A stretch of DNA of 32,394 nt from a virus: positions 1 through 32,394 of IMG/VR virus record IMGVR_UViG_3300010167_000008; one strand, given 5' to 3'. The position numbers and the translations under genes are program-made. This document shows, in pieces, positions 1-7,410 of the stretch; position 1 is the stretch's first letter; every line of letters begins with the position of its first letter. The notes under the pieces are model-generated. The model worked only from the letters and a program-made list of their open reading frames with translations. It was not told the DNA's origin and made no database searches.

Positions 1-123
1 CAACAATGCCTGCAAAGTCTTTTATTACTTTCCCCAAATTTGGAAACGTGTCGCTCGTGATTAACACATCGCCACCGCTGCCATGACTTGCGATTGCAAG
101 GAAACGCCACATGTGCGCAAGTG
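1..123. repeat. Terminal overlap, copy 1 (identical to 32272..32394); marks circular closure, unique genome length 32,271 bp
   Basis: Direct comparison: the 123 nt caacaatgcc...gtgcgcaagtg occur at both window ends and lie inside the terminase large-subunit reading frame. Confidence 0.95.
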
Positions 124-223
124 TCTTTCCCGAACGCCGCCCGCCGCGAAGTATAATGACGGGCTCCCGTGTGGTTGCCTTGAAGAAATCGATGTAAACT
201 TGGTCGGGGCGGAGTAGTTGCAT
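1..223 (-). CDS. terL: Terminase large subunit, 5' part of the gene (ATG at 223..221); continues across the circular junction into 31352..32394
   Basis: Reverse reading from 223 gives MQLLRPDQVYIDFFKATTREPVIILRGGRRSGKTLAH then MWRFLAIASHGSGGDV, in frame with the 31352..32383 ORF; Walker A GGRRSGKT encoded at about 122..148. Confidence 0.85.
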   Translation of the reverse strand, partial: MQLLRPDQVYIDFFKATTREPVIILRGGRRSGKTLAHMWRFLAIASHGSGGDVLITSDTFPNLGKVIKDFAGIV

Positions 224-228
224 GGCGG

Positions 229-636
229 TTATTCAAGGTCGGTTAATGGTACAATGTCCGTGTCGTCCGTCTGAATGACTGTCGTGCTCTTCAACGTGTC
301 GCGGTCGCGTTGTGTCCCGTAACGCTTGATAAATAGTGCAAACTCCGCAGCCCCCGCCCGTGCTGTGTCCAACTTGTTGAACAGTTTTAAGTCAGCCCGC
401 TCAACGAATGTCGCACGGTTGTCGTCAAGTGCCTTGCGTATGGCGTAGAAATCATTGTGGCATTGAACAGTCCTTGCGGTGCAATGGTAGTGCTCGCCAA
501 CCTGATAAGTGCAGGTGTATTCGTTTTCTTGAATAACTTCTATAACCTCTTGAACGTCAATAGGTAACTTTGCGGGTTGCCCTCGTTTGAGCTGATTTGT
601 AGGTGGTTGCGTTGTGATTGGTTTGTCGGGTCTCAT
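229..636 (-). CDS. Putative terminase small subunit (135 aa)
   Basis: ORF immediately upstream of terL (5-nt gap) and first gene after a long intergenic region; assigned by position and size only, no motif recognised. Confidence 0.45.
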   Translation of the reverse strand: MRPDKPITTQPPTNQLKRGQPAKLPIDVQEVIEVIQENEYTCTYQVGEHYHCTARTVQCHNDFYAIRKALDDNRATFVERADLKLFNKLDTARAGAAEFALFIKRYGTQRDRDTLKSTTVIQTDDTDIVPLTDLE

Positions 637-776
637 ACTAAACTATTTCAAAGCGCGAAAGTAAGGAAAGTTTCTTTTGCCGCTGCCTGTCAGCACGGTC
701 AGCGGGTTATCTATTTGATACAGAAAGGAATAAAGTTTTTGCGGGTTATTAAACCAACGGAAACGCTATAAAGAAG

Positions 777-1003
777 CCATATAATAACAATATAACAATA
801 CATTTAACAATATAATATAAAGAACAACAACTATTTATGTTTGATTATTATATTATTATATAGATCTATTGATATGTATATATATTGATGTTGTTTTTTT
901 GAGAATTTTTTTTGTTTCTCTTTATGCAAACTTATAACTTTTAACAATCGCCCGAAACGCGCTATGTGTTAATACTTTCCGCACTTAAAAACGTTGTTAA
1001 ATG
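777..1003. repeat. AT-rich intergenic element, copy A (227 bp), homologous to 14299..14525; bounded by the inverted repeat CATTTAACAA (801..810) / TTGTTAAATG (994..1003)
   Basis: Blocks shared with copy B: CCATATAATA, CATTTAACAATA, TTCTCTTTATGCA (916..928), TTAACAATCGC (941..951), ACGTTGTTAAATG (991..1003); three TAACAATA copies at 785, 793 and 805. Confidence 0.8.
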
Positions 1004-1095
1004 GTTTTATTCGTATAACAATTTTATATCTGTGTGGTTGTGTGGTTGTTGCGGGCTGATTTTTGGCAGTTTTCGGCTCGAAACTCGATGGAACG

Positions 1096-1130
1096 ACAAA
1101 AAAGGCACGAGAATTGCTTCCCGTACCTTG
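1096..1130 (-). terminator. Rho-independent terminator after the lysis cassette
   Basis: Minus-sense AAGGUACG (1129..1122) pairs with CGUGCCUU (1109..1102), with one G-U pair, followed by a U run (A run 1098..1103 on plus); starts 18 nt after the stop at 1148. Confidence 0.6.
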
Positions 1131-1147
1131 TTAAATTTTAACATTCA

Positions 1148-1696
1148 TTAACGTTTGTAAAATTTGTAAAGATATGCCACCCGTGCCTCGTTGTTCAGTA
1201 CGTCGTAACCGATGAGGAAATTGTTCCCTTTGATTTCGAACCCGATTTGAGGTGCGAGCGATATTTTTGCAGATTTGATATTGTAACCAACCTCCGCGCC
1301 TGCCAAAAGTCCCCATTTTTGATAATTGTGGTTAGTGCGGTCGATGGTGTGTGTAATTGTAGTATTTTTTTCTCGATACTTGAGACTGTCAAGCCTGCAA
1401 TCGTAACCCGTAATCCATGCCTGATAATTTGTGTCAGAGTAATAGTACTCTGAAATAGGTAACGGAACGGACAATGTGGTGTCGTTTGCAGTAATGGTAT
1501 AGATAACAGTATCAACAACTCGCTCAATGTGAAACACGGGTGTAATAATGCTCACAACTGAATAATCAACGATTGTGTCGCGTGTTTCACGGACTTCAAC
1601 CCTGTCAATATACGATACTTTTTGGTTACATGATTTAGCAAAGAAAACTAATGCCAACGCCACCGCTGCAATTATGATATAATCTTTGTACGTCAT
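1148..1696 (-). CDS. Putative lipoprotein of the lysis cassette (182 aa; spanin-like or outer-membrane associated)
   Basis: N-terminal signal peptide with a lipobox-like ALVFFAKS|C; beta-rich C-terminal part; ATGA overlap with the upstream ORF at 1693..1696. Confidence 0.45.
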   Translation of the reverse strand: MTYKDYIIIAAVALALVFFAKSCNQKVSYIDRVEVRETRDTIVDYSVVSIITPVFHIERVVDTVIYTITANDTTLSVPLPISEYYYSDTNYQAWITGYDCRLDSLKYREKNTTITHTIDRTNHNYQKWGLLAGAEVGYNIKSAKISLAPQIGFEIKGNNFLIGYDVLNNEARVAYLYKFYKR

Positions 1697-1956
1697 TGTT
1701 CGGGTGGTGGTTTAAGTTGCTCGTTTCCGAGATTTGCGAATTCTCTTTCCATTGTATCGAGTTCGTTACGAACTTGTATGTTCATGTAACCAACAAGTTC
1801 GGGCGATACGTTAATCACACGGATTTTCCCTTTTGGCGATGTAAGAGTAAGAACGGATTGTTCTTTCATAGGTTCTTCAAAAATTTTCAGATAATGCTGA
1901 TAAGCGGTTATCATGAAATCTAATTGGTTGGCTCTTGCGAGCAATTCTTGTGTCAT
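1693..1956 (-). CDS. Hypothetical protein (87 aa) in the lysis cassette
   Basis: Internal ATG at 1956..1954 (MTQELLARANQ...) lies 11 nt after the endolysin stop; the longer track ORF (to 2052) would overlap the endolysin. Confidence 0.5.
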   Translation of the reverse strand: MTQELLARANQLDFMITAYQHYLKIFEEPMKEQSVLTLTSPKGKIRVINVSPELVGYMNIQVRNELDTMEREFANLGNEQLKPPPEQ

Positions 1957-1967
1957 AGGTAATAAAA

Positions 1968-2330
1968 TTAATAGAGCCAAACTACGTTCTGAGGTAACGT
2001 CTTTCCGCTTCCGATGTGAATAAAATCTTTGTGGATTCCGATACGATTGCATCCCTCAGCGAGAGCAGCCTTGATGATTCCCATCTTGGATGTTCCGTCT
2101 TTTGCAATAATATCTGTACCTGTTCGATTCGGATGGTCGCCACTTCCTGAGCGACCTTTCGATTTTTCCCATGCCACAGAACGAAACGCGCTTGTAAGTA
2201 TCATCGCCTTCCCGTAACGCGCACGGATACGGTCAAGGAGATTCATGTGGTCTTGTGTCATGTCTTGCAATGAACACGGGGGAGAGCATTTCTTAAATTC
2301 CTCCTCCTTGAAATACTTTGACGTTATCAT
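1968..2330 (-). CDS. Endolysin, peptidase M15A-like (zinc D-Ala-D-Ala carboxypeptidase fold), 120 aa
   Basis: MITSKYFKEEEFKKC..., TSAFRS, H-x6-D (GDHPNRTGTDI) and FIHIG match the M15A metal-ligand pattern; ATG at 2330 forms an ATGA overlap with the stop of the upstream ORF. Confidence 0.7.
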   Translation of the reverse strand: MITSKYFKEEEFKKCSPPCSLQDMTQDHMNLLDRIRARYGKAMILTSAFRSVAWEKSKGRSGSGDHPNRTGTDIIAKDGTSKMGIIKAALAEGCNRIGIHKDFIHIGSGKTLPQNVVWLY

Positions 2331-2761
2331 GGCTTGATAATTGAAAAAGTGATGTAATAGTTTCCGTCGTCGTCTTTGGTATGGCTGCAATAGTCGCTCA
2401 TTGCTATCTGATTGACTGCCTTTTGTACACCTAACTTCCGAAAATAGTTGGCTTCTTTTTGTGGTGTCTTGAACTTGCTGGTCTTCTTCAATGGGAAGCA
2501 CTTGCGCTCAATTGGGATAATAATACGGGCAAATTGGTCTTTCAATTTCTGATACTGCTCCTTGAAATTCTGCTCGGCGTTGTCAAGTTCTTGTTTGTGC
2601 CGTTCGGCGTCCGTTTGTTTTTGTCCGAGATAAATCTTGCGGAGGTCAATGCCAACGCTCTCGGTTACGCGCCGCGTGGTTACTTTGGCGCAAATCATCC
2701 ACGCAATTATGAAGCCCGCGAGGATGAATAGGGGGGCGGTGATAATTAAGATAATACTCAT
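2327..2761 (-). CDS. Membrane-anchored coiled-coil protein (144 aa), holin or i-spanin candidate
   Basis: N-terminal TM segment IILIITAPLFILAGFIIAWMICA followed by a charged helical region; first gene of the lysis cassette. Confidence 0.5.
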   Translation of the reverse strand: MSIILIITAPLFILAGFIIAWMICAKVTTRRVTESVGIDLRKIYLGQKQTDAERHKQELDNAEQNFKEQYQKLKDQFARIIIPIERKCFPLKKTSKFKTPQKEANYFRKLGVQKAVNQIAMSDYCSHTKDDDGNYYITFSIIKP

Positions 2762-2778
2762 GATGTAAATAATTAAAT

Positions 2779-2786
2779 GTTAATAA
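2779..2786 (-). promoter_or_regulatory. TTATTAAC motif (mRNA sense), 17 nt upstream of the ATG at 2761
   Basis: GTTAATAA on plus; one of eight similarly placed sites. Confidence 0.35.
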
Positions 2787-2956
2787 TTTACGGTCTTATA
2801 TGACACGCATTTGTGATTTTCTTTTGGATTGACATTTCCGTTGCGTGAGTTTGCACGTTGGTTCTGTCTCGAATTTGTTCTTTTTTCTATCAAAAAGGTA
2901 AAGGCATTTTTTCGGTTGGGACATTTTGTTTGTGTTTATTCAGTGGATTAAATGGC

Positions 2957-3022
2957 AGGGGACAGTCCGTTTGGCAGGCACGATTTAAATTAACCGCGCA
3001 CACGTCTCGGCGCGTGTCCCCT
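2957..3022 (-). other. GC-rich structured element between the methyltransferase gene and the lysis cassette
   Basis: 8-bp stem aggggaca (2957..2964) / tgtcccct (3015..3022), plus an adjacent 5-bp stem cgcgc (2995..2999) / gcgcg (3010..3014). Confidence 0.35.
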
Positions 3023-3056
3023 TCCCTCATAGTAATTAAAAAGCGGCAACGTTCAA

Positions 3057-4742
3057 TCATGGTTTTTTGAAGATTAAAACGTTCTGATGCACTCTGACGA
3101 CTTTGCTCGTCTTCATGCAGTTGTTGGCTCGCATTCCCGCGTTGCCAAATTTATTAACGAGGATAATCTCGTTGTAAAACTTGCAGCCCGCGTCCGTGAA
3201 CGCTCGGATAGTGTCGGGGACGAACCCATAGTAATTCCCGTCCTTGTCGCGAAATTCGCTAACTACAAAGGCAGCAAACCCGCCACGTTTGAGCACACCG
3301 CAAGACTTTTCTATTATCTGTCGGTACACCTGCATAAACGCGGGATATTTCATCGTGGATAGGTCTTCTGGAATGTCGCTGTACACTTCGAGGTCTCCAT
3401 ACGGAGGGCAACTCATAACCATATCAAACTCCGCTCCTTCGAGCATATCAAGGATTTGATTGCTGTCGCCGATAATCCAATTCGGCATCTTGATTTCAGG
3501 AGCCGCAACGGGGGTGCGCATGGTGGGTCGAATGCCAACTATCCACAGTAGGTCAGCGGGTTGTAGAAAGTCAATACACTTCGCCTCGTAGTATGGGTCG
3601 AGTTGAATTCCATTGTAAGTAGTAACCATTGCAGCGGAATGATAATCGCTACCATCGACGTCGACGATAGTAACCATGTCCCTCCAATTTGGCGGCGCGT
3701 ACTTATCAAGTCGCACCTCAGGGTCAGCACCAACGCGCACCGCAACAACGGGGATGTCCCGCATAGTGTCGCGCAACCCCCAAAGTACACCCGCAAGGGT
3801 CATGCCGCTTCCGCATGGCATTACAATCCGATTGACTTCGGGTGGAATGTTCTGAACTTGTTGGCGGTTCTGAGTAACAGCCTCTTCGCACTCCATACCA
3901 AAGGGGACGTCAAGATAATTCTCGGCGGCGGCAAATTCTCGGCTCCGTGCAATAATGACGGAGTTATAACCTTCCTTGTGCTGAATTATCCTCGCGCCGC
4001 TGTCTTGCGCCGCAATTAGTTCGTCGGATAACTGACCTTCGGGCGCGTGTACCACAACGGGAATGCCAAAGGCTTTTCCAATTTTGGCGAGGATATTGAT
4101 TTGCGGGCTGCTTCTGCTCCCCGCCGTTGTTATCCCCTGACCGACCGTGCGGTTCTTGATAACGAATTGAGAAGCCGTGCGAGCCTTCCCGCCAACCGCG
4201 CCACCGATTTCGAACAAGTCGTCCCGCTTGAAATAGACGTCGTCTATCAGTTGCACGGGGGTTAATTCGTTCGGGTTGCTGATGATTTGCGGTTTGGCGT
4301 TGGCAGGTGATTTGAATATTTCGCGGGCTTGCTCGTAATTGCTCTCGACCTGCTCCTTGCGGAGTTCAATGCCCGTGTAATCATAACCGAGTTTGTTGGC
4401 AACAATTCCTCGAACGGAGCCTCCTGCAAATGGATCAAGAATAGTCCCTCCCGTTGGCGCAAACCACTTGTATAACACTTCGCAGAGTGTCGCGCTGAAT
4501 ATACTTATATTAGATTTGAATTGTGTGCCAAATCTTGCATTATTCCTATTAGCGCCGCACCGTTCATTTCTTCCTAATTCTGACTTGATTCCCTTGCGTA
4601 ACCATTTGCCCTCGTTTTTATTATAATCGCCCGAGCGGGTGTCAATTATGGAAAATGGGTTCAGTAGGTACTTCCCCGCGCAAGTGGTTGTCGCGTCGAC
4701 CTTGTCGCCGAATAAGTTGTAATTTTTATTTTGTTCTGTCAT
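3057..4742 (-). CDS. Fusion protein (561 aa): permuted N6/N4 DNA amino-methyltransferase with an inserted ACC-deaminase/D-cysteine-desulfhydrase-like PLP enzyme domain (aa ~158-407, nt ~3522..4271)
   Basis: MTase motif I ILDPFAGGSVRGIVANKLGYDYTGIEL (aa 101-127) and motif IV FDMVMSCPPYGDLEVYSD (aa 439-456). Insert carries TPVQ, FKRDDL, GGAVGGKAR (K186), ITTAGSRSSPQ, PCGSGMTLAGVLWGL and GIQLDPYYEAKC. ATGA overlap with the helicase gene. Confidence 0.8.
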   Translation of the reverse strand: MTEQNKNYNLFGDKVDATTTCAGKYLLNPFSIIDTRSGDYNKNEGKWLRKGIKSELGRNERCGANRNNARFGTQFKSNISIFSATLCEVLYKWFAPTGGTILDPFAGGSVRGIVANKLGYDYTGIELRKEQVESNYEQAREIFKSPANAKPQIISNPNELTPVQLIDDVYFKRDDLFEIGGAVGGKARTASQFVIKNRTVGQGITTAGSRSSPQINILAKIGKAFGIPVVVHAPEGQLSDELIAAQDSGARIIQHKEGYNSVIIARSREFAAAENYLDVPFGMECEEAVTQNRQQVQNIPPEVNRIVMPCGSGMTLAGVLWGLRDTMRDIPVVAVRVGADPEVRLDKYAPPNWRDMVTIVDVDGSDYHSAAMVTTYNGIQLDPYYEAKCIDFLQPADLLWIVGIRPTMRTPVAAPEIKMPNWIIGDSNQILDMLEGAEFDMVMSCPPYGDLEVYSDIPEDLSTMKYPAFMQVYRQIIEKSCGVLKRGGFAAFVVSEFRDKDGNYYGFVPDTIRAFTDAGCKFYNEIILVNKFGNAGMRANNCMKTSKVVRVHQNVLIFKKP

Positions 4743-6178
4743 ACTTTTTTTGATTTAGTTGGTAGTGAAAAAGGGTCGAGTTCGCCGAAGCAAAAGTCAA
4801 GGTCGGGCATCGCCCAATCGAGACCGACATAGCAATAACAGTTTTCGAAGCCCTTGCGGTTTACGTTCTTTTTGACAACGCCCTGCCTTGATAACTCTTG
4901 GTCGATGAGTTTACGGGTTGCAATCGGCAACACCCCAAAGGTGCTCCGCAACTTGTCGTTCACGTCTTTAACCGCAAGTATTGCCAACGGGTTATCCTTG
5001 TCAATCATAAAGATTTTCATATACTCCGAATAACTCGTTTGCACGGTTTTATCCGTTCGGTTGAGTTTGGGCTTGTAACGGAAACTTTTAATAAAATCGA
5101 CAATAATCTTGTTGCGTTCGGGTTGGAATACGTCGAGGAAGTTGGTGTTTCTGTCCCACGCAATTTCAAGCGTTTTCTCGGGACTTTCATATTCAATCAT
5201 ACGTCTAATTGTCCCGCTGTCAATATCGTTTATTACAATGGGATTATTACTGAAATACACCACACTTGCGCACACTTGCAACGTGCCGCCGTTGGTACTC
5301 AATTCACGATAAGGAACGCTCGTGCCACTTGTAATCCTCTTGATGAGGTTGTTGTCTTTTTGGCGTTCGTTGCTTTCGTCAATCAGTATCGTCGAGGCGC
5401 GGTTCATCTTGCGTTTTTCGACGATAAAGTCGTAACCGCTGACCCGTGTGCTGAATGCCTCCTCAGTAATCTCGCAGATAAGTCCGTCAAAGATTTGGCA
5501 CATGAGAGCAACGAATGTCGATTTGCCGCTCCCGCCTTTTCCTTTGACAGATACAAAGTATTGTCCGCCCCGTGTACGTTGGAGCGATTTGCTGAACACC
5601 GAAAGGAGTTCGTAGTATTCGTCCTCATCCTTGACGCCGAAAACATTGTAACAAAGTTTCCGAAAGTTGCTCGGCGGCTCTTTGTCTTCCCAATCGAGAT
5701 TATCCACGAGTACGCTGTCAATGCAGCACACCTCGCGGCATCGCGGGGATAATGTTTCAGGTTTCAGATATCGAACGATGTACGGGTGCGGCTTGAGCCA
5801 CAACCCGAGTTCGATGTTGTCGTCGGCGTGGTTACGGAAGTGCAAATTGCGCTCGTAACCATTTGCCGCCGCCCGCTGTTCGCGGTCAATTATACGCTTG
5901 AAAATCTGGTCGATAAAGTCTTTGCAGTCTATAAGTTCCTGTCGGTCAGTGAGTATCTCTTGGATGTCGGGATACTCATGCTCTTCGGGTGTCATATTCG
6001 CCAACACCCGCCGCGCAATAAGGTAACAGACGGGGAATTGTGTACTCGATTCCTTGACCGAAATCTTATACATTACTCCCTCGTCGTTGAACCAATATTC
6101 GCCGCCATAATAGACAATGTCGTCAATCCAATACTTTCCGCGTGATGTGATATAGGTGGAAAAATCTTTGCTATCCAT
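4739..6178 (-). CDS. SF3 helicase, D5/P4-type NTPase (479 aa)
   Basis: Walker A VKGKGGSGKSTF, Walker B-like ILIDES, then LIKRITSGTSVPYRELSTNGGTLQVCASVVYFSNNP, typical of P4/D5 C-terminal helicase domains; no primase motifs recognised. Confidence 0.7.
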   Translation of the reverse strand: MDSKDFSTYITSRGKYWIDDIVYYGGEYWFNDEGVMYKISVKESSTQFPVCYLIARRVLANMTPEEHEYPDIQEILTDRQELIDCKDFIDQIFKRIIDREQRAAANGYERNLHFRNHADDNIELGLWLKPHPYIVRYLKPETLSPRCREVCCIDSVLVDNLDWEDKEPPSNFRKLCYNVFGVKDEDEYYELLSVFSKSLQRTRGGQYFVSVKGKGGSGKSTFVALMCQIFDGLICEITEEAFSTRVSGYDFIVEKRKMNRASTILIDESNERQKDNNLIKRITSGTSVPYRELSTNGGTLQVCASVVYFSNNPIVINDIDSGTIRRMIEYESPEKTLEIAWDRNTNFLDVFQPERNKIIVDFIKSFRYKPKLNRTDKTVQTSYSEYMKIFMIDKDNPLAILAVKDVNDKLRSTFGVLPIATRKLIDQELSRQGVVKKNVNRKGFENCYCYVGLDWAMPDLDFCFGELDPFSLPTKSKKV

Positions 6179-6399
6179 TATATTTCGATATAGAATTTTC
6201 CTCCTTGTTTAATTACTTTGCGCCCGCTCTTTTTTGCGCAATGAGCGTAAAAAAGTTTGTTTCCGCCCTTTACTTTTTCGATAAAATCGAACACGTTGGC
6301 AGCGGGGGACACTTCCTTGAATTCCTCCTCGCAAAGTGCAAGAAATTTCAACGCCTCCTCGCGTTGTATTTGATTAAAAGTTTTTCGTTTTTCGTCCAT
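6178..6399 (-). CDS. Hypothetical protein (73 aa)
   Basis: ORF with TAATG stop/start overlap with the helicase gene. Confidence 0.5.
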   Translation of the reverse strand: MDEKRKTFNQIQREEALKFLALCEEEFKEVSPAANVFDFIEKVKGGNKLFYAHCAKKSGRKVIKQGGKFYIEI

Positions 6400-6589
6400 A
6401 GTTCTTCCGATTTAAGATTAATGATAATATGATGACAAGGAAGCCCGTGCCAAAGGTTGACCAAAGTGGCGCGGTTATCCACAGCCAACTCCACGACACA
6501 GCGTCGAAGAGTTTCATGAGTAGAAAGCAAATGAATATCAGCAAGATAAACATGAGCGCAATGGTTGATGATGTTGTAGGTTCTTTCAT
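6374..6589 (-). CDS. Small membrane protein (71 aa, 2-3 TM segments)
   Basis: Hydrophobic stretches IALMFILLIFICFLLM and FGTGFLVIILSLIL; overlaps the next ORF by 26 nt. Confidence 0.5.
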   Translation of the reverse strand: MKEPTTSSTIALMFILLIFICFLLMKLFDAVSWSWLWITAPLWSTFGTGFLVIILSLILNRKNYGRKTKNF

Positions 6590-6675
6590 AGTAAAATTTT
6601 ATTTGTAAGTAATTGATTATCGGCACGATGTACGATCTTTTTAAACTCGTATGGTAGTGCCATTTTAAAGGAAAG

Positions 6676-6708
6676 TGCGACAAAATGCAAGAAAAGTGCC
6701 TTGTCGCA
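6676..6708 (-). terminator. Candidate intrinsic terminator or attenuator between the MBL gene and the membrane-protein gene
   Basis: 8-bp stem tgcgacaa (6676..6683) / ttgtcgca (6701..6708) with a 17-nt loop, followed in minus sense by CUUUCCUUUAAAAU. Confidence 0.35.
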
Positions 6709-6726
6709 AACGTTAATATTTACAAG

Positions 6727-7410
6727 TCAGACGATTATCGTTGTGCCGCGAACGGCAACGCGAACCCGATTGAAGCCCGCACGAGCGAACTTCGCGAGTA
6801 TCATTCCCGCCCGTGCGCCGCTTTCTGATTTATGCAGTGTTATAATTTTGGTGGTCTTGTTGTGCGCAATTCTGCTCACATAGTCGACACACTTGTCGTC
6901 TGAACAATGGTTGCGCAACCGCTCTTTTTTATCCTCGTCGAGGTCTTCAAAAATGAAGTTGTTGTAACTGCATTCAATCATAATCGCGTCGAAATTGTAG
7001 TGGCTGAGTTGGTCGATGACCTCGTCGTCAATGTGATAAAAGTCGGTTGCGTATAATATGGTCTTCTTGCATTTGGTTTGTATTATAAAGCCGTTGCAAG
7101 TTGAGGCGTTGTCGCGCAAGATTTTCGCATGATAATCGTGATGCACGGGGAAGGAGTACACGTCGAATTCCGTTACCTGCTTTCCGAAGAAAATCTCGTA
7201 TTGCTTTGAAACGTTAAAAACGAAGTGGTCGGAGTGTCGGTGGCTGACAATGAAGCCGCAATATTCTTTCGCCTCCTTTGTGTTGGCGATGACGGAGGAG
7301 TAGTTGAGCCACGCCTCAACGACGAGGCAGTTGCCCGCCTCGTCGATAAGAGCATAACTGTTTCCACTGCTACCTGTCCCGAGTACTTTAATTGTCGCCA
7401 TTGATGTCAA
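6727..7410 (-). CDS. Metallo-beta-lactamase-fold hydrolase (227 aa), probable nuclease of the recombination module
   Basis: IKVLGTGSSGNS near the N-terminus and an HxHxDH motif (VSHRHSDH). Confidence 0.7.
   Translation of the reverse strand: MTSMATIKVLGTGSSGNSYALIDEAGNCLVVEAWLNYSSVIANTKEAKEYCGFIVSHRHSDHFVFNVSKQYEIFFGKQVTEFDVYSFPVHHDYHAKILRDNASTCNGFIIQTKCKKTILYATDFYHIDDEVIDQLSHYNFDAIMIECSYNNFIFEDLDEDKKERLRNHCSDDKCVDYVSRIAHNKTTKIITLHKSESGARAGMILAKFARAGFNRVRVAVRGTTIIV

Noticed and set aside
1-123. The 123-bp terminal repeat as a physical direct terminal repeat or cos end
   Set aside because: The repeat lies inside the terL reading frame, and joining the ends restores an intact gene. This is typical of an assembly overlap from a circular or circularly permuted genome.
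1033-1048. Tandem tgtggttg tgtggttg next to repeat copy A
   Set aside because: There are only two short units, with no counterpart near copy B. This is too little evidence to call an iteron or microsatellite.
966-1151. Plus-strand ORFs in intergenic DNA (966..1151 at 61 aa; 13939..14136 at 65 aa; 577..771 at 64 aa)
   Set aside because: They are on the non-coding strand. One starts at a GTG, and the translations are low-complexity from T-rich DNA. The 966..1151 ORF has no counterpart in the homologous repeat copy B.
4898-5752. Long plus-strand ORFs (for example 4898..5752 at 284 aa, 22910..23449 at 179 aa, 24783..25262 at 159 aa and many smaller ones)
   Set aside because: Each lies antisense to a longer minus-strand ORF with recognisable motifs. 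Their translations are low-complexity or Ser/Leu/Arg-rich shadow sequences. The whole genome is otherwise transcribed from one strand.
6475-6483. Perfect DnaA-box 9-mers (TTATCCACA at 6475..6483; its complement TGTGGATAA at 21073..21081)
   Set aside because: There are two isolated copies, both inside coding regions and 14.6 kb apart, with no clustering or adjacent AT-rich unwinding element. This is compatible with chance.
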